This document shows, piece after piece, positions 1-9,691 of a stretch of 64,000 nucleotides of DNA. The position numbers and the translations under genes are program-made. Position 1 is the stretch's first letter. Every line of letters starts with the position of its first letter. The stretch comes from an uncultured Bacteroidales bacterium (GTDB lineage Bacteria; Bacteroidota; Bacteroidia; Bacteroidales; FEN-979): contig CAIWXI010000135.1 of assembly GCA_903916595.1 (NCBI GenBank), positions 8,584-72,583 of the forward strand, written 5' to 3'. The notes under the pieces were generated by a model that saw nothing but the letters and a program-made list of their open reading frames with translations, did no database searches and had not been told where the DNA came from.

Positions 1-914
1 ACTGCTGTTGTGATAAGCCCGACAGCGCCGGTGAGAATACCGGTTTCCTTACGGATGGTATCTGCAAAAGGTACCTGGTATCCTGGTTCAGGGCTGATAG
101 TTACACCAGTGATATTACCCCCCGAAGAGCAATCAATCAGGTCTACTCCCATATCTTTAAGTATTTTCACCAGAGCAACGGAATCGTTTAAAGACCATCC
201 GTTATCCACCCATTCCGTTGAAGAGATACGAACAAACAGCAAATGATCTTCAGGGATGTTTTTCCTAATTCCTCTAACGATTTCAGTTAACAGCCTGATG
301 CGGTTCTCAAATTGTCCCCCGTATTCATCGTTACGTTTATTGCTCAGGGGCGAAAGGAACTCATTAAGCAGATAACCATGGGCCGCATGAATTTCGAGTA
401 TCCTGAATCCTGCATCTACAGCCCTTTTTGCGGCACTGACAAAATCCTGCCTTACTTTGGCTATCCCTTCGAGGCTCAAGGCCTCAGGAATTGCCATGTC
501 GGCCGAAAAGGCGATGGCGCTGGGTGCAACAGGCTGCCACCCGCCCTCGGAAACAGTTAACAGACGGTCACCACTCCATGGTGCTGCATGGCTTGCCTTA
601 CGGCCTGCATGGGCCAGCTGAACTCCCGGTACAGAGCCTTGTTTGCTGATGAATTCCGTTATTGTAAGCAGATATGGAATATGTTCGTCGCTCCATAGGC
701 CCAGGTCATTGATGCTGATGCGGCCTTCGGGGCAAACCGCGGTAGCTTCGGCAATGATTGCCCCGGCCCCTCCCATGGCTCTGCTGCCGTAATGGACCAG
801 GTGATATTCGTTGGCAAAACCGTCTTTACCTGAGTATTGGCACATCGGGGAGACTACCAAACGGTTCTTAAGTTCGCTTCCCCTAATTTTTAAAGGGCTG
901 AAAAGATTATTCAT
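1..914 (-). CDS. NADH:flavin oxidoreductase, Old Yellow Enzyme family (C-terminal end runs off the window)
   Basis: Absent from the ORF track because it is open to the window edge. My reverse-strand translation from ATG 914-912 gives MNNLFSPLKIRGSELKNRLVVSPMCQYSGKDGFANEYHLVHYGSRAMGGAG..., a typical YqjM/NamA-type OYE N-terminus. Confidence 0.85.
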   Translation of the reverse strand, partial: MNNLFSPLKIRGSELKNRLVVSPMCQYSGKDGFANEYHLVHYGSRAMGGAGAIIAEATAVCPEGRISINDLGLWSDEHIPYLLTITEFISKQGSVPGVQLAHAGRKASHAAPWSGDRLLTVSEGGWQPVAPSAIAFSADMAIPEALSLEGIAKVRQDFVSAAKRAVDAGFRILEIHAAHGYLLNEFLSPLSNKRNDEYGGQFENRIRLLTEIVRGIRKNIPEDHLLFVRISSTEWVDNGWSLNDSVALVKILKDMGVDLIDCSSGGNITGVTISPEPGYQVPFADTIRKETGILTGAVGLITTA

Positions 915-963
915 GACAAGGTTTTAAATCTTTATAAATTTACATTTCGTAACACGCAAAACT

Positions 964-2376
964 ATGAAAAAGAACCTTACCCGGCGCGAAGCTCTTAAAA
1001 CCATTGGTTTAACAATCGGTGGCGCTGTAATCGGAATTCCAGGACTGGCAAAAGTGAGTGATGATGTGTATGAATATCCGCTTGGTCTGAACGAGGTTTT
1101 CAAGCCTTTAGATAATCCCCTTGGAAGGCCAATAACAGCTATTACCTGCGGGGCCGGTAACAGGGGCAATGTATACGGCGGGTATGCAGCAAATTTCCCT
1201 GAACAGATAAAGATCATTGGTGTAGCCGAACCCATCCCGATACGAAACGAGAGGTATGCAAAAGCCCACCAGATCCCCGATGCCAGCAGGTTTAAGACAT
1301 GGGAAGATGTCTTCCGCAGACCTAAATTCGCTGATGTGATCATTATAACCATGCCTGATAACCTGCATTATGTGCCTTGCATGAAAGCTCTCGAGATGGG
1401 GTACGATGTATTGCTCGAGAAACCTATGGCCCAGAGTGAACAGGAATGCAGGGATATCCTTGCCATGGTAAAGAAGACCGGCAGGATCGTGGCAATTTGC
1501 CACGTGCTCAGGTACTCTCCGTATTTTATTAAAATGAAGAAGCTGATGGCTGAAGGCGCGGTAGGAGAGCTTGTGAGCATACAGCATATGGAGCCGATTT
1601 ACCATATCCACATGTCGCATTCCTACGTACGAGGCAACTGGCACAATTCAAAAGAAACCACTCCCATCATCCTGGCCAAATCGTGTCATGACCTTGATAT
1701 TTTACGATGGATGATAGGGAAGCCTTGTCAGAAAATCGTCGCTATGGGTGACCTTAAGTGGTTCAGGAAGGAGAACGCTCCTGCAGGAAGTACACCCCGC
1801 TGCATGGATGGTTGTACTGCGGAAGCCGGATGCCCCTATTCGGCTCTAAAAGTTTACGGTGGTTCAAGGGATTGGACGTATGTTTTCGATCTGCCCGACG
1901 ACAAAGACAAACAGCAGTCAGCCGTGATGGAATACCTGCGGACGACAAACTACGGGCGTTGTGTTTACCAGATGGATAACGACCAGCCCGACCACTATAT
2001 CACTTCTATCCAGTTCGAGGGGAACATCACGGCAAATTTCTCCATGGAGGCGTTCACTTCATACGGTGGCCGCAGGACCCGCGTAATGGGAGCTATGGGC
2101 GATATGGTTGGCGATATGGAAGAACTAAGGGTTACAGACTTCCGTACCGGGAAATCGGTGAAACTTGTCCCAAATGCCGAGGATGTTGATAAACTCAAAA
2201 CCAGCGGCCATGGAGGAGGTGACTGGAACCTGATGCGTGATTTTATACTTGCAGTTTCAAACCAGGATCCGAAATACCTTACTTCTACTATTGATCAGTC
2301 GATCGAAAGCCATGTTATGGGATTTGCTGCCGAGAAAAGCCGGCTTACTTCACAGATTATTCCCGTGAGAATGTAA
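964..2376 (+). CDS. Gfo/Idh/MocA family oxidoreductase with twin-arginine (Tat) signal
   Basis: 470 aa. N-terminus MKKNLTRREALKTIGLTIGGAVIG is Tat-like. Has the GAGNRG Rossmann motif and the EKP motif typical of the family. Confidence 0.85.
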   Translation: MKKNLTRREALKTIGLTIGGAVIGIPGLAKVSDDVYEYPLGLNEVFKPLDNPLGRPITAITCGAGNRGNVYGGYAANFPEQIKIIGVAEPIPIRNERYAKAHQIPDASRFKTWEDVFRRPKFADVIIITMPDNLHYVPCMKALEMGYDVLLEKPMAQSEQECRDILAMVKKTGRIVAICHVLRYSPYFIKMKKLMAEGAVGELVSIQHMEPIYHIHMSHSYVRGNWHNSKETTPIILAKSCHDLDILRWMIGKPCQKIVAMGDLKWFRKENAPAGSTPRCMDGCTAEAGCPYSALKVYGGSRDWTYVFDLPDDKDKQQSAVMEYLRTTNYGRCVYQMDNDQPDHYITSIQFEGNITANFSMEAFTSYGGRRTRVMGAMGDMVGDMEELRVTDFRTGKSVKLVPNAEDVDKLKTSGHGGGDWNLMRDFILAVSNQDPKYLTSTIDQSIESHVMGFAAEKSRLTSQIIPVRM

Positions 2377-2385
2377 GTAAAAAAA

Positions 2386-2408
2386 GAACGCCCCGCAAAG
2401 GGGCGTTC
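2386..2408 (+). terminator. GC-rich stem-loop after the oxidoreductase gene
   Basis: gaacgcccc-gcaaa-ggggcgttc is a perfect 9-bp stem starting 10 nt after the stop. An A-run lies upstream and there is no clear T-run. Confidence 0.45.
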
Positions 2409-2424
2409 CAGCTGTCTAGCTTGT

Positions 2425-2450
2425 AATCCGGTTAACCGGATTTTCTTTTT
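2425..2450 (+). terminator. Intrinsic terminator-like palindrome plus T-run
   Basis: aatccggttaaccggatt is a perfect 18-nt palindrome followed by ttctttttg. Confidence 0.55.
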
Positions 2451-2632
2451 GAGCCGTGGGCTCTCTGAACCACGTAAGGTCATCCCTTAACGTGCGGAAA
2501 TTTGTTTTATCGTAATCTGTTTTTCTGTTTTTCAATCAGATTACTACTGTCACAAATGTAATAAAGTCAGAGCCCGTTGTCAAGGGGTTTAACAATTATT
2601 AACATTAGTTCGGATCTTTCTTAAAATTATTT

Positions 2633-2640
2633 TAGATTTG
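2633..2640 (+). promoter_or_regulatory. Bacteroidetes-type -7 box TAGATTTG
   Basis: Matches TAnnTTTG and lies 20 nt upstream of the ATG at 2660. Confidence 0.45.
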
Positions 2641-2659
2641 TGAAAGATTCTTTGAGAAA

Positions 2660-3352
2660 ATGAACAAGGTAGTACAAAATGCACAGGAGGCGATCCTCGG
2701 AATAGAAAGCCACATGACCCTTATGCTGGGTGGCTTCGGCCTCTGCGGAATCCCCGAAAATTGTATCGCGGCCCTGGCGGCTTCTGATCTTACAGGTCTC
2801 ACATGTATATCGAACAATGCAGGTGTCGACGGATTCGGTCTGGGTATGCTTCTGCGGAAGCACCAGATCCGTAAAATGATCTCTTCGTACGTGGGTGAAA
2901 ACAAGGAATTTGAGCGCCAGCTGCTAAGCGGTGAACTCGAAGTAGAACTCATACCCCAGGGAACGCTGGCTGAACGGATCCGCGCCGGCGGAGCAGGGAT
3001 TCCTGCGTTTTATGTCCCGGCAGGCTATGGTACTGAAGTTGCTGAGGGTAAACCGGTGCGGAAGTTTGGAGATAAAATGTACCTTGAAGAGCAGTGGCTC
3101 AAAGCCGATTTTGCTATTGTAAAAGCCTGGAAAGGTGATGCGAGCGGCAACCTGGTGTACCGGAATGTTGCCAATAACTTTAACCAGTCTATGGCAATGG
3201 CAGGAAAGATAACGATTGCAGAAGTTGAGGAACTTGTGCCGGTTGGCAGCCTGGACCCAAACCATATTCATACTCCGGGTGTATTCGTTCAAAGGATCTT
3301 CCAGGGAATGAACTATGAAAAGAGGATTGAATTTGTTACTGTCAGGGGTTAG
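2660..3352 (+). CDS. scoA: 3-oxoacid CoA-transferase subunit A
   Basis: 230 aa. LMLGGFGLCGIPE and the overall sequence are typical of the class I CoA-transferase A subunit (ScoA/AtoD/CtfA type). Followed by the B subunit. Confidence 0.9.
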   Translation: MNKVVQNAQEAILGIESHMTLMLGGFGLCGIPENCIAALAASDLTGLTCISNNAGVDGFGLGMLLRKHQIRKMISSYVGENKEFERQLLSGELEVELIPQGTLAERIRAGGAGIPAFYVPAGYGTEVAEGKPVRKFGDKMYLEEQWLKADFAIVKAWKGDASGNLVYRNVANNFNQSMAMAGKITIAEVEELVPVGSLDPNHIHTPGVFVQRIFQGMNYEKRIEFVTVRG

Positions 3353-3363
3353 GGGTTGGGGAT
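3344..3363. repeat. G-rich GGGGTT(A) units x3 containing the scoA stop codon
   Basis: Sequence is caGGGGttaGGGGttGGGGat. The TAG stop at 3350-3352 lies inside the unit. The 14-mer TAGGGGTTGGGGAT recurs on the minus strand at 48089-48102. Confidence 0.85.
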
Positions 3364-3367
3364 AAAT

Positions 3368-3521
3368 CGTACATCGTACATCGTACATCGTACATCGTAC
3401 ATCGTACATCGTACATCGTACATCGTACATCGTACATCGTACATCGTACATCGTACATCGTACATCGTAATTCGTACATCGTAAATCGTACATCGTAATT
3501 CGTACATCGTAATTCGTAAAT
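3368..3521. repeat. Heptamer tandem array CGTACAT, about 22 copies
   Basis: 14 perfect copies span 3368-3465. Eight degenerate copies (CGTAATT / CGTAAAT / CGTACAT) run to 3521. The array ends 7 nt before the scoB ATG. Confidence 0.95.
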
Positions 3522-3528
3522 CAATATT

Positions 3529-4185
3529 ATGTCTTTAGATAAAAACGGTATAGCAAAACGCATCGCCCGGGAAGTCCGCGACGGGTATTACGTCAACCTG
3601 GGCATTGGAATCCCTACCCTGGTGGCAAATTATGTCCCGGAGGGTATGCAAATCACGCTGCAGTCTGAAAACGGCTTACTTGGAATAGGTCCTTTCCCCA
3701 CAAAAGCCGAGGTTGATCCTGACCTTATCAATGCTGGCAAACAGACCATCACAGCCCTGCCGGGTGCGGCATTTTTTGATTCAGCGATGAGCTTTGCAAT
3801 GATTCGTGGCGGTCATATTGACCTTACGGTGCTTGGAGCATTCGAAGTCTCCGAAACAGGCGACATCGCCAGCTGGAAGATCCCGGGTAAACTCGTCAAG
3901 GGAATGGGTGGTGCAATGGACCTTGTAGCTTCTGCCAAAAATATCATTGTTGCCATGATGCATACAAATCCTCAGGGGGAGTCGAAACTGCTGAAGAAGT
4001 GTACCCTGCCGCTTACAGGTGTGGGTGTGGTAAAAAGAATTGTATCTGACCTTGCTGTACTGGATGTAACACCCCAGGGTTTCAAACTTTTGGAACGAGC
4101 CCCGGGTGTCAGTGTCGAAGAAATTATTAAAGCTACTGCAGGTAACCTGATCGTCGAGGGTGATATCCCCGAAATGCAGATCTGA
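3529..4185 (+). CDS. scoB: 3-oxoacid CoA-transferase subunit B
   Basis: 218 aa. Has the SENG motif (LQSENGLLG) that carries the catalytic glutamate of class I CoA-transferases. Confidence 0.9.
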   Translation: MSLDKNGIAKRIAREVRDGYYVNLGIGIPTLVANYVPEGMQITLQSENGLLGIGPFPTKAEVDPDLINAGKQTITALPGAAFFDSAMSFAMIRGGHIDLTVLGAFEVSETGDIASWKIPGKLVKGMGGAMDLVASAKNIIVAMMHTNPQGESKLLKKCTLPLTGVGVVKRIVSDLAVLDVTPQGFKLLERAPGVSVEEIIKATAGNLIVEGDIPEMQI

Positions 4186-4196
4186 AAATGCTCAGA

Positions 4197-6257
4197 TCAA
4201 TGCGTATAGATCGCTGAAGCTGCACGGTATCCCTGCAGATTCTGGTACCAATCGGGGAATGAAGCTCCCGAACTCTGAGCCCAGTCATTGAATTTCAGGT
4301 ATGCTGTATTGATAGCAGCTCTTTCGATGGGATAAGCGAATTTACCGGCAATATTCAGCGCCCATGGAAGATTGTTACTGGTCTTGTAATACCTGTTCTG
4401 AGCCGGGATACTGTTGTCGTTCCCTGCTCCGAAATCCGATCCGTTAACTTTGTCGGTTGGCGGCTGGTCGGGAAGATGGACCTCGCGGTTACGGTTCCCG
4501 TTAACAATAATAAACGCGTTGTAGGGCGGGGTGCCTGCCTGGGCAATAGCAACAGGCGTGGCTAAAGAAATCACAAGGTTCATGGTGTCGGGAGTGACAT
4601 ATGGAGCGCCCAGCTCAGTGTTTGTTCCTATACCCTGGCCGGGAGCGGGCAGGTGATCGAATGCATCGTCAAAAGCCACGATTACTGCTTTGGTTTGCCC
4701 TGCCTCGGTATTGTTAGCCGAGCTCGTAATATATCCGTGATTCAGGCTCCTTCCGGTCACAGTTTGAATCTTATCGGGAGTATATGGCAACTGGAATGCA
4801 AACCCGTTATGGAGTGTAGCCCCCGTTGCTTCTGTAATGAGTTTGGCGTCGATCTCAACAACCAGGTTTTGGGCATTGGTGATCTGGTTAAAACGATAGG
4901 ATAATACCAGGTCGTTAAAGTCATAATCTCCTTTTCCCGGCCAGAGGTCTTCAAAAGCAAGTGAGCTGTAACCTGTTTTGGAAGGAGTATAATTGTTAAA
5001 TGCTTTGTTGGGATCATTGGGGTAATCATCGGAAAGATCAGGCACCCCGTCGTGATCGGCATCAACAACGGAGGTTGCGAGTAAAGGCATGTTTACGGTA
5101 TTGATCGATTGGATCGACGGGCTGATGGTCAGGTAAAAAACATTATCGTTACAGTCCCGGTCAGCTCCCTGGAACAAACCCTGGTCCTCAAGAGTAAAAA
5201 GAACCTGCTGGCGTGAAGGATCTTTGAAAAAAAACAGATGCTTAAGCATCAAAGGGTCGATCGTGTTAAAGGAAGGGATAGAATAATATACGTCGCTGTT
5301 TACGCTGGTCTGGCTGCCGGTCCATGCATGTGCTGCCACGACAAAGCCTATCGATTTCCCGGCAGGGAACTTGCCTAAATAGATCTTATTCCCGGGGTTC
5401 AGACCTCCACCGCTGCCGGCATTGCTGACATTCGGGAAAATGATATGTACTGTGTCGATCGCAGCCGCTGAAGCTGGTGGAGAACCAGTATTGAATGTAA
5501 AATACCCAAGGCTGTTCATCCATCCGGCGCCTTCAGTTATATAGGTGATGTAAACATCGCTCAAACTCAGAATTTCAATATTATTTGGCGGAGTGCCCGA
5601 GAACCATTCGGGATGTGCAGCGACTTCATTACGGTATTCCGGCAGAGCCGTATTGATATCATTCATTAGTACCTGGTTAACAGGATCGTTTACCGGCATC
5701 AGGTTATTTGGGACTCCCTGTGAATTATAACCACTCATATATACCCAGCGCACGGATCCGGCGCTTTTGATTGTGCCTCCGTTATCAAGAGATTTTGTAG
5801 CAATGGGATCCGGTGACTTCCCACCGAATTGAGCACTTACTCCGGTTGAAGTGACCGGCACTTCCATCTGACGGATCAGGCCTAAAAAATTATTGAACAC
5901 GGTCACCTTTGTCATTGCAGTAGGCAAAGAGGCCATGGAATTCCACATGCCATTGGGGCCGGTAATGCCGCTGACAAGATAAACACCTCCTGAATCCGGA
6001 TTAGAAGTGTAAAGAGTAAATCTTACCCCTTCAATCGCGTTGTCCTGATTGTCTTTGGCCGCTATTGAAATGTTCACCTCATGCGTGGTCGCCCAACTGA
6101 AAGTTGATGCAACTTTTAACTGATCTATGGTCATTGTGCCGGAATTACCCGTATTATCCTGTTTGTTGCATCCTGTTACTAAAAGCAACAAAATAAAGCC
6201 GCTGACCATTAAATTGATCCACAGAAATTTGTTATTCACAAGAGATAAAGTTTTCAT
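4197..6257 (-). CDS. LruC domain-containing lipoprotein
   Basis: Lipobox LLLLVTGCNKQ. The stretch DADHDGVPDLSDDYPNDPNKAFN...SLAFEDLWPGKGDYDFNDLV is typical of the LruC domain. I place the start at the ATG at 6257 (MKTLSL...) rather than the track start at 6299. Confidence 0.8.
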   Translation of the reverse strand: MKTLSLVNNKFLWINLMVSGFILLLLVTGCNKQDNTGNSGTMTIDQLKVASTFSWATTHEVNISIAAKDNQDNAIEGVRFTLYTSNPDSGGVYLVSGITGPNGMWNSMASLPTAMTKVTVFNNFLGLIRQMEVPVTSTGVSAQFGGKSPDPIATKSLDNGGTIKSAGSVRWVYMSGYNSQGVPNNLMPVNDPVNQVLMNDINTALPEYRNEVAAHPEWFSGTPPNNIEILSLSDVYITYITEGAGWMNSLGYFTFNTGSPPASAAAIDTVHIIFPNVSNAGSGGGLNPGNKIYLGKFPAGKSIGFVVAAHAWTGSQTSVNSDVYYSIPSFNTIDPLMLKHLFFFKDPSRQQVLFTLEDQGLFQGADRDCNDNVFYLTISPSIQSINTVNMPLLATSVVDADHDGVPDLSDDYPNDPNKAFNNYTPSKTGYSSLAFEDLWPGKGDYDFNDLVLSYRFNQITNAQNLVVEIDAKLITEATGATLHNGFAFQLPYTPDKIQTVTGRSLNHGYITSSANNTEAGQTKAVIVAFDDAFDHLPAPGQGIGTNTELGAPYVTPDTMNLVISLATPVAIAQAGTPPYNAFIIVNGNRNREVHLPDQPPTDKVNGSDFGAGNDNSIPAQNRYYKTSNNLPWALNIAGKFAYPIERAAINTAYLKFNDWAQSSGASFPDWYQNLQGYRAASAIYTH

Positions 6258-6275
6258 GATGTATTTTTTAGTGTA

Positions 6276-6283
6276 CAAAGTTA
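6276..6283 (-). promoter_or_regulatory. -7 box TAACTTTG (minus strand)
   Basis: Plus strand reads caaagtta, whose reverse complement matches TAnnTTTG. It lies 18 nt upstream of the ATG at 6257. Confidence 0.45.
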
Positions 6284-6376
6284 AGTCCGGAATAAGCAAG
6301 ATGCAATGAGAAATTAGTATTCGTCGTCATTATGTTTGTAAAAGGAAATAATAACCACTGTATTGTATTTCCGCTA

Positions 6377-8392
6377 TCATGAAAGGAACATCGAAAGAAC
6401 GTTTATAAGTTTATCTTCTTCAAAAGGTTTGGCGATAAAATCATTCATTCCCGCCTCCCGGCATCTTAACTCTTCAGACTTCAAAGCATGGGCCGTGAGG
6501 GCAATTATGGGAAGTGTGGTACTGATCTCTTTCCTGATCATCATAGTGGCATCGATTCCGTCCATCACTGGCATCTGCATATCCATCAGCACAAGGTCAA
6601 AAGTTTCTTTTCTAAGGATCTCCACGGCAATCTCACCGTTCACGGCTTCGGTTACCAGAATCCCGAAATGAGCAAGGATTGTTTTTGCCACAAGGCGGTT
6701 AAGCTTATTGTCTTCAACCAGCAGAATTTTCTTTCCTTTTAATCTTTGATGGCTGATGAGGGGCTTCGGTTTCTCGGCTTTTTCCTGCTGATGCCCTACC
6801 GGGAGGGTGAGACGGATGCTAACTTTTGTTCCCTGGTTTTTTTCACTTTCAATGCTGATCTTCCCATCCATCAGATCGACCAGTTGCTTGGTTATCGCCA
6901 TGCCCAGGCCTGTCCCGCCGTATTTTCTGGCAATATTCACACTTTCCTGCGAAAATTTCTGGAAGATCTTTTTCAGATATTTTTTATCAACGCCTATCCC
7001 AGTATCGGCTACCGTGAGTTCAATGACCTGCCTGTCGGCATGGCTTTCAATAAGACTGCAACTAAGAGAGATACTGCCCTGATCAGTAAATTTGATAGAA
7101 TTACTCAACAGGTTTAACAGGATCTGGTTGATGCGGTGGGGATCGCCTTTGAGGACCGGGGAAATGGCTCTATCCAAATACATTTCACATTTAAGCCCTT
7201 TCTCTTCGATTTTATTTGAAAGCATGTTGCGGAGCTGGGTCAGAACGGCAGGCAGGTTGAAATCAATAGCTTCAAGATCGAGTTTTCCGGATTCAATTTT
7301 AGAGAAATCGAGAATGTCGTTGATGATAACCAGAAGGTTGTCGGCAGCGGTTGTAATCGACTCCAGAAACGACCTCTGATATGTGCTTAATTCAGTCTTT
7401 AACAGCTGCTTGCCAAGACCTAATATGGCATTCATGGGAGTTCGTATCTCATGGCTCATGTTGGCAAGAAAAATCTCCTTGGTTTTGGCCGTGTCTTCTG
7501 CCATCTGCTTCGCTTCCCTGAGCGTAAACTCCAGCTGTTTTCTGCCGGTGATGTCGAGATGTATCCCAGTCGAACCAACCTGAATGCCTTCATTATTAAA
7601 CAGTGGAGCTCCTGAGATGAGCCACCATTTTCGTAAGCCTTTCTTGTTAGTGATCTCCAGTTCGTAAGCATCGGAGATGCCCTGTTTACGGGCTTCATTC
7701 TTCTGAACAACAAGTTCACGGTTTTTTGGTACGGTAAATATATTTTCACCTACCTGGCCGTACATCTCTTCCCGTTTAAAACCAGACATCTCACAAAAAC
7801 TCTGGTTGGCATAAATAACCTTGCCTTCCATGTCCACTTCAAGCAGCCCCAGGTTGATGTTCTCGATAAGCAGACGGTATTTCTCCTCACTTCTCCTCAG
7901 AGCATCTTCATATTTTCTGCGGCTTGTTATATCAACGTATTTCCAGAAGTGCCCCCGGTAGACGCCTTCAATGATAATGGGGTTATAATCCCTTGACAAA
8001 GTACGCCCGTCTTTCAGCCGAAGAATCTCTCCTGTCACTTTTTTGCGTTTTGCCAGAAGATAATTTATCCCCGACACGAACACTTCCGGGTCTTCAAAGA
8101 GATGTTTTGACTGTTCTGCCGAACCCGAGCAATCTGCTCCTATCAGGACTTCGGGCTTAACAGGGATACCGAACATAGCACAGAATGATTCGTTCATGAG
8201 CACGATCAGCCGGTTCTCGTCCTCAACCAACACTCCTTCCCGCATATTTATAATAATGTTGGATAGCCGATCTGAGTTGCAGGAAAGTTCGGAAGCGCGC
8301 CCGGCAATCGTTTCCTCTAAGCGTTTCTCAGCATCCAGCCTGGCTTTACGTTCCCGCTCGAGAGCTGCTATTAATGCTTTTTCGGATTCCAT
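6377..8392 (-). CDS. Hybrid sensor histidine kinase / response regulator with PAS domains, cytoplasmic
   Basis: Has the H-box MSHEIRTPMN, an HATPase region (GGTGLGMAI) and a C-terminal receiver (ILLVEDN...LVLMDMQMPVMDG). PAS-like segments are present and there is no TM helix. The track start at 8422 is TTG; the first ATG is at 8392. Confidence 0.9.
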   Translation of the reverse strand: MESEKALIAALERERKARLDAEKRLEETIAGRASELSCNSDRLSNIIINMREGVLVEDENRLIVLMNESFCAMFGIPVKPEVLIGADCSGSAEQSKHLFEDPEVFVSGINYLLAKRKKVTGEILRLKDGRTLSRDYNPIIIEGVYRGHFWKYVDITSRRKYEDALRRSEEKYRLLIENINLGLLEVDMEGKVIYANQSFCEMSGFKREEMYGQVGENIFTVPKNRELVVQKNEARKQGISDAYELEITNKKGLRKWWLISGAPLFNNEGIQVGSTGIHLDITGRKQLEFTLREAKQMAEDTAKTKEIFLANMSHEIRTPMNAILGLGKQLLKTELSTYQRSFLESITTAADNLLVIINDILDFSKIESGKLDLEAIDFNLPAVLTQLRNMLSNKIEEKGLKCEMYLDRAISPVLKGDPHRINQILLNLLSNSIKFTDQGSISLSCSLIESHADRQVIELTVADTGIGVDKKYLKKIFQKFSQESVNIARKYGGTGLGMAITKQLVDLMDGKISIESEKNQGTKVSIRLTLPVGHQQEKAEKPKPLISHQRLKGKKILLVEDNKLNRLVAKTILAHFGILVTEAVNGEIAVEILRKETFDLVLMDMQMPVMDGIDATMMIRKEISTTLPIIALTAHALKSEELRCREAGMNDFIAKPFEEDKLINVLSMFLS

Positions 8393-8411
8393 AGGCTGTT
8401 CAATTATTCCT

Positions 8412-9605
8412 TTATTTGCCAAGCCTTATTAATAAACCAATCGTGGCATCATACTGAAGCAGATTTGATTCAGCATTAATTACGTATGGCATCACCCTGA
8501 TTTCTTCACTATAAAGAAACGGTGCATCCCTGGGGTGGACCTGGTATAATAACTGGGTCTGAAGCCTGAAGCCTATGACTTTTGTAACAAACCAGTTGCA
8601 ACCGGCCCTTCCGCCGACTGCAAAATACCAAACATCCCTGAAAAATTTATCTTTCATGACAACATTCACACTCCCGAAATCAAAACCCACATAAGGCTGA
8701 AAACTCTTTTTATGAAAAAACCTGTATATACTGCTAATCAGGATGTAGTTGTTGCTCAAAGCCAGATCACCTTCCCTGGGATACCGTTGAGCCTCAGTTT
8801 TGGCAAAGGCATCTTCGCGCTTGTAGCCGATCGAAATATCCAACCCTTTGTAAATGTTTACCATGAACTCCAATCCATAGTCGGGTCCTGGCCTGAAGAT
8901 TGTCTTGCCGCCGGTGACGGCGATAGTGCCACCTGAACAATATCCGCCGTATATGGCAAATTCAAATGTGGTAAAACCCTCTTTGTTCAGGTAAGCCGGT
9001 TTTTTTTTGGTAAGCGGATTTCTTGACCCGGGAATGCCCCTTACGGAGTTTCGGGCCGCACCGTCAACCCCGGCGCCGCTCACTGTAGCTTGTTTCGAAT
9101 AGAATGGGATGGAGGGGGCTAAATCAGGGACAGCCTTTTTTAAATAAAGAAAGGCCTTTGAAATTGAAGTGTAATCAACGGTTTTTTCATTCTCTGGCCT
9201 GAGTGAGTGCTGAGCGTAAACCCTTCCGCTGGCATCCTGTACCATCAGGGTGCTGGGCCCCCCCCGTTCCCCTGAGCTGTCGGCACGGATGCTTACCCTG
9301 ATCTCAAGAAAGGCTTCATTGGAAGCCAGGGCTTTTATCTGTCTTGCCTTCCATGATTCAGAAGAGGATCCGTTTCCCGGCTCAAAAAATAAGCGTTTAG
9401 ATTCATACCCTTTACGGTTCAGGGTTTCCTCTATCGCACTTACAACATCAGAATAGCAATTGAAAGTTGTGTCTCCTTCAATAATGGCCCAGTATTTGAT
9501 CCTTCTGATATTTTCGGCAAAAGCCACACGCTGATCCCAGTCTGGGGACTGCGGGAAAACATGACCGGAAATAACGATCAGAAAAAGCGGGATCAGTCGT
9601 TTCAT
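8412..9605 (-). CDS. Hypothetical secreted protein with a C-terminal beta-barrel-like half
   Basis: 397 aa with a signal peptide (MKRLIPLFLIVISGHVFPQ). The C-terminal half has alternating hydrophobic/aromatic strands. No family recognised. Confidence 0.6.
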   Translation of the reverse strand: MKRLIPLFLIVISGHVFPQSPDWDQRVAFAENIRRIKYWAIIEGDTTFNCYSDVVSAIEETLNRKGYESKRLFFEPGNGSSSESWKARQIKALASNEAFLEIRVSIRADSSGERGGPSTLMVQDASGRVYAQHSLRPENEKTVDYTSISKAFLYLKKAVPDLAPSIPFYSKQATVSGAGVDGAARNSVRGIPGSRNPLTKKKPAYLNKEGFTTFEFAIYGGYCSGGTIAVTGGKTIFRPGPDYGLEFMVNIYKGLDISIGYKREDAFAKTEAQRYPREGDLALSNNYILISSIYRFFHKKSFQPYVGFDFGSVNVVMKDKFFRDVWYFAVGGRAGCNWFVTKVIGFRLQTQLLYQVHPRDAPFLYSEEIRVMPYVINAESNLLQYDATIGLLIRLGK

Positions 9606-9691
9606 CGAATAAACTGATTAAGCCTGTTGCAAAACTAAAAATAACGCTTGCAGATATTATTCTACAGGCGGTTTGCTAATCAGGTTCGTAT

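Noticed and set aside
10-560. Plus-strand ORFs 10-246 and 312-560
   Set aside because: They lie opposite the minus-strand Old Yellow Enzyme gene, which translates cleanly from 914 to the window edge.
3344-3363. Telomere-like TTAGGGG / TTGGGG units
   Set aside because: Only three units occur here and about five at 48067-48101, embedded between ordinary bacterial genes. The resemblance to eukaryotic telomeric repeats is superficial. I kept them only as G-rich gene-end elements.
2924-3563. Track ORFs on the minus strand encoding MYDVRCT repeats (189 aa and 73 aa)
   Set aside because: They are read-throughs of the CGTACAT heptamer array (7 nt x 3 gives a 7-aa periodicity). They overlap the real scoA 3' end in antisense and are not genes.
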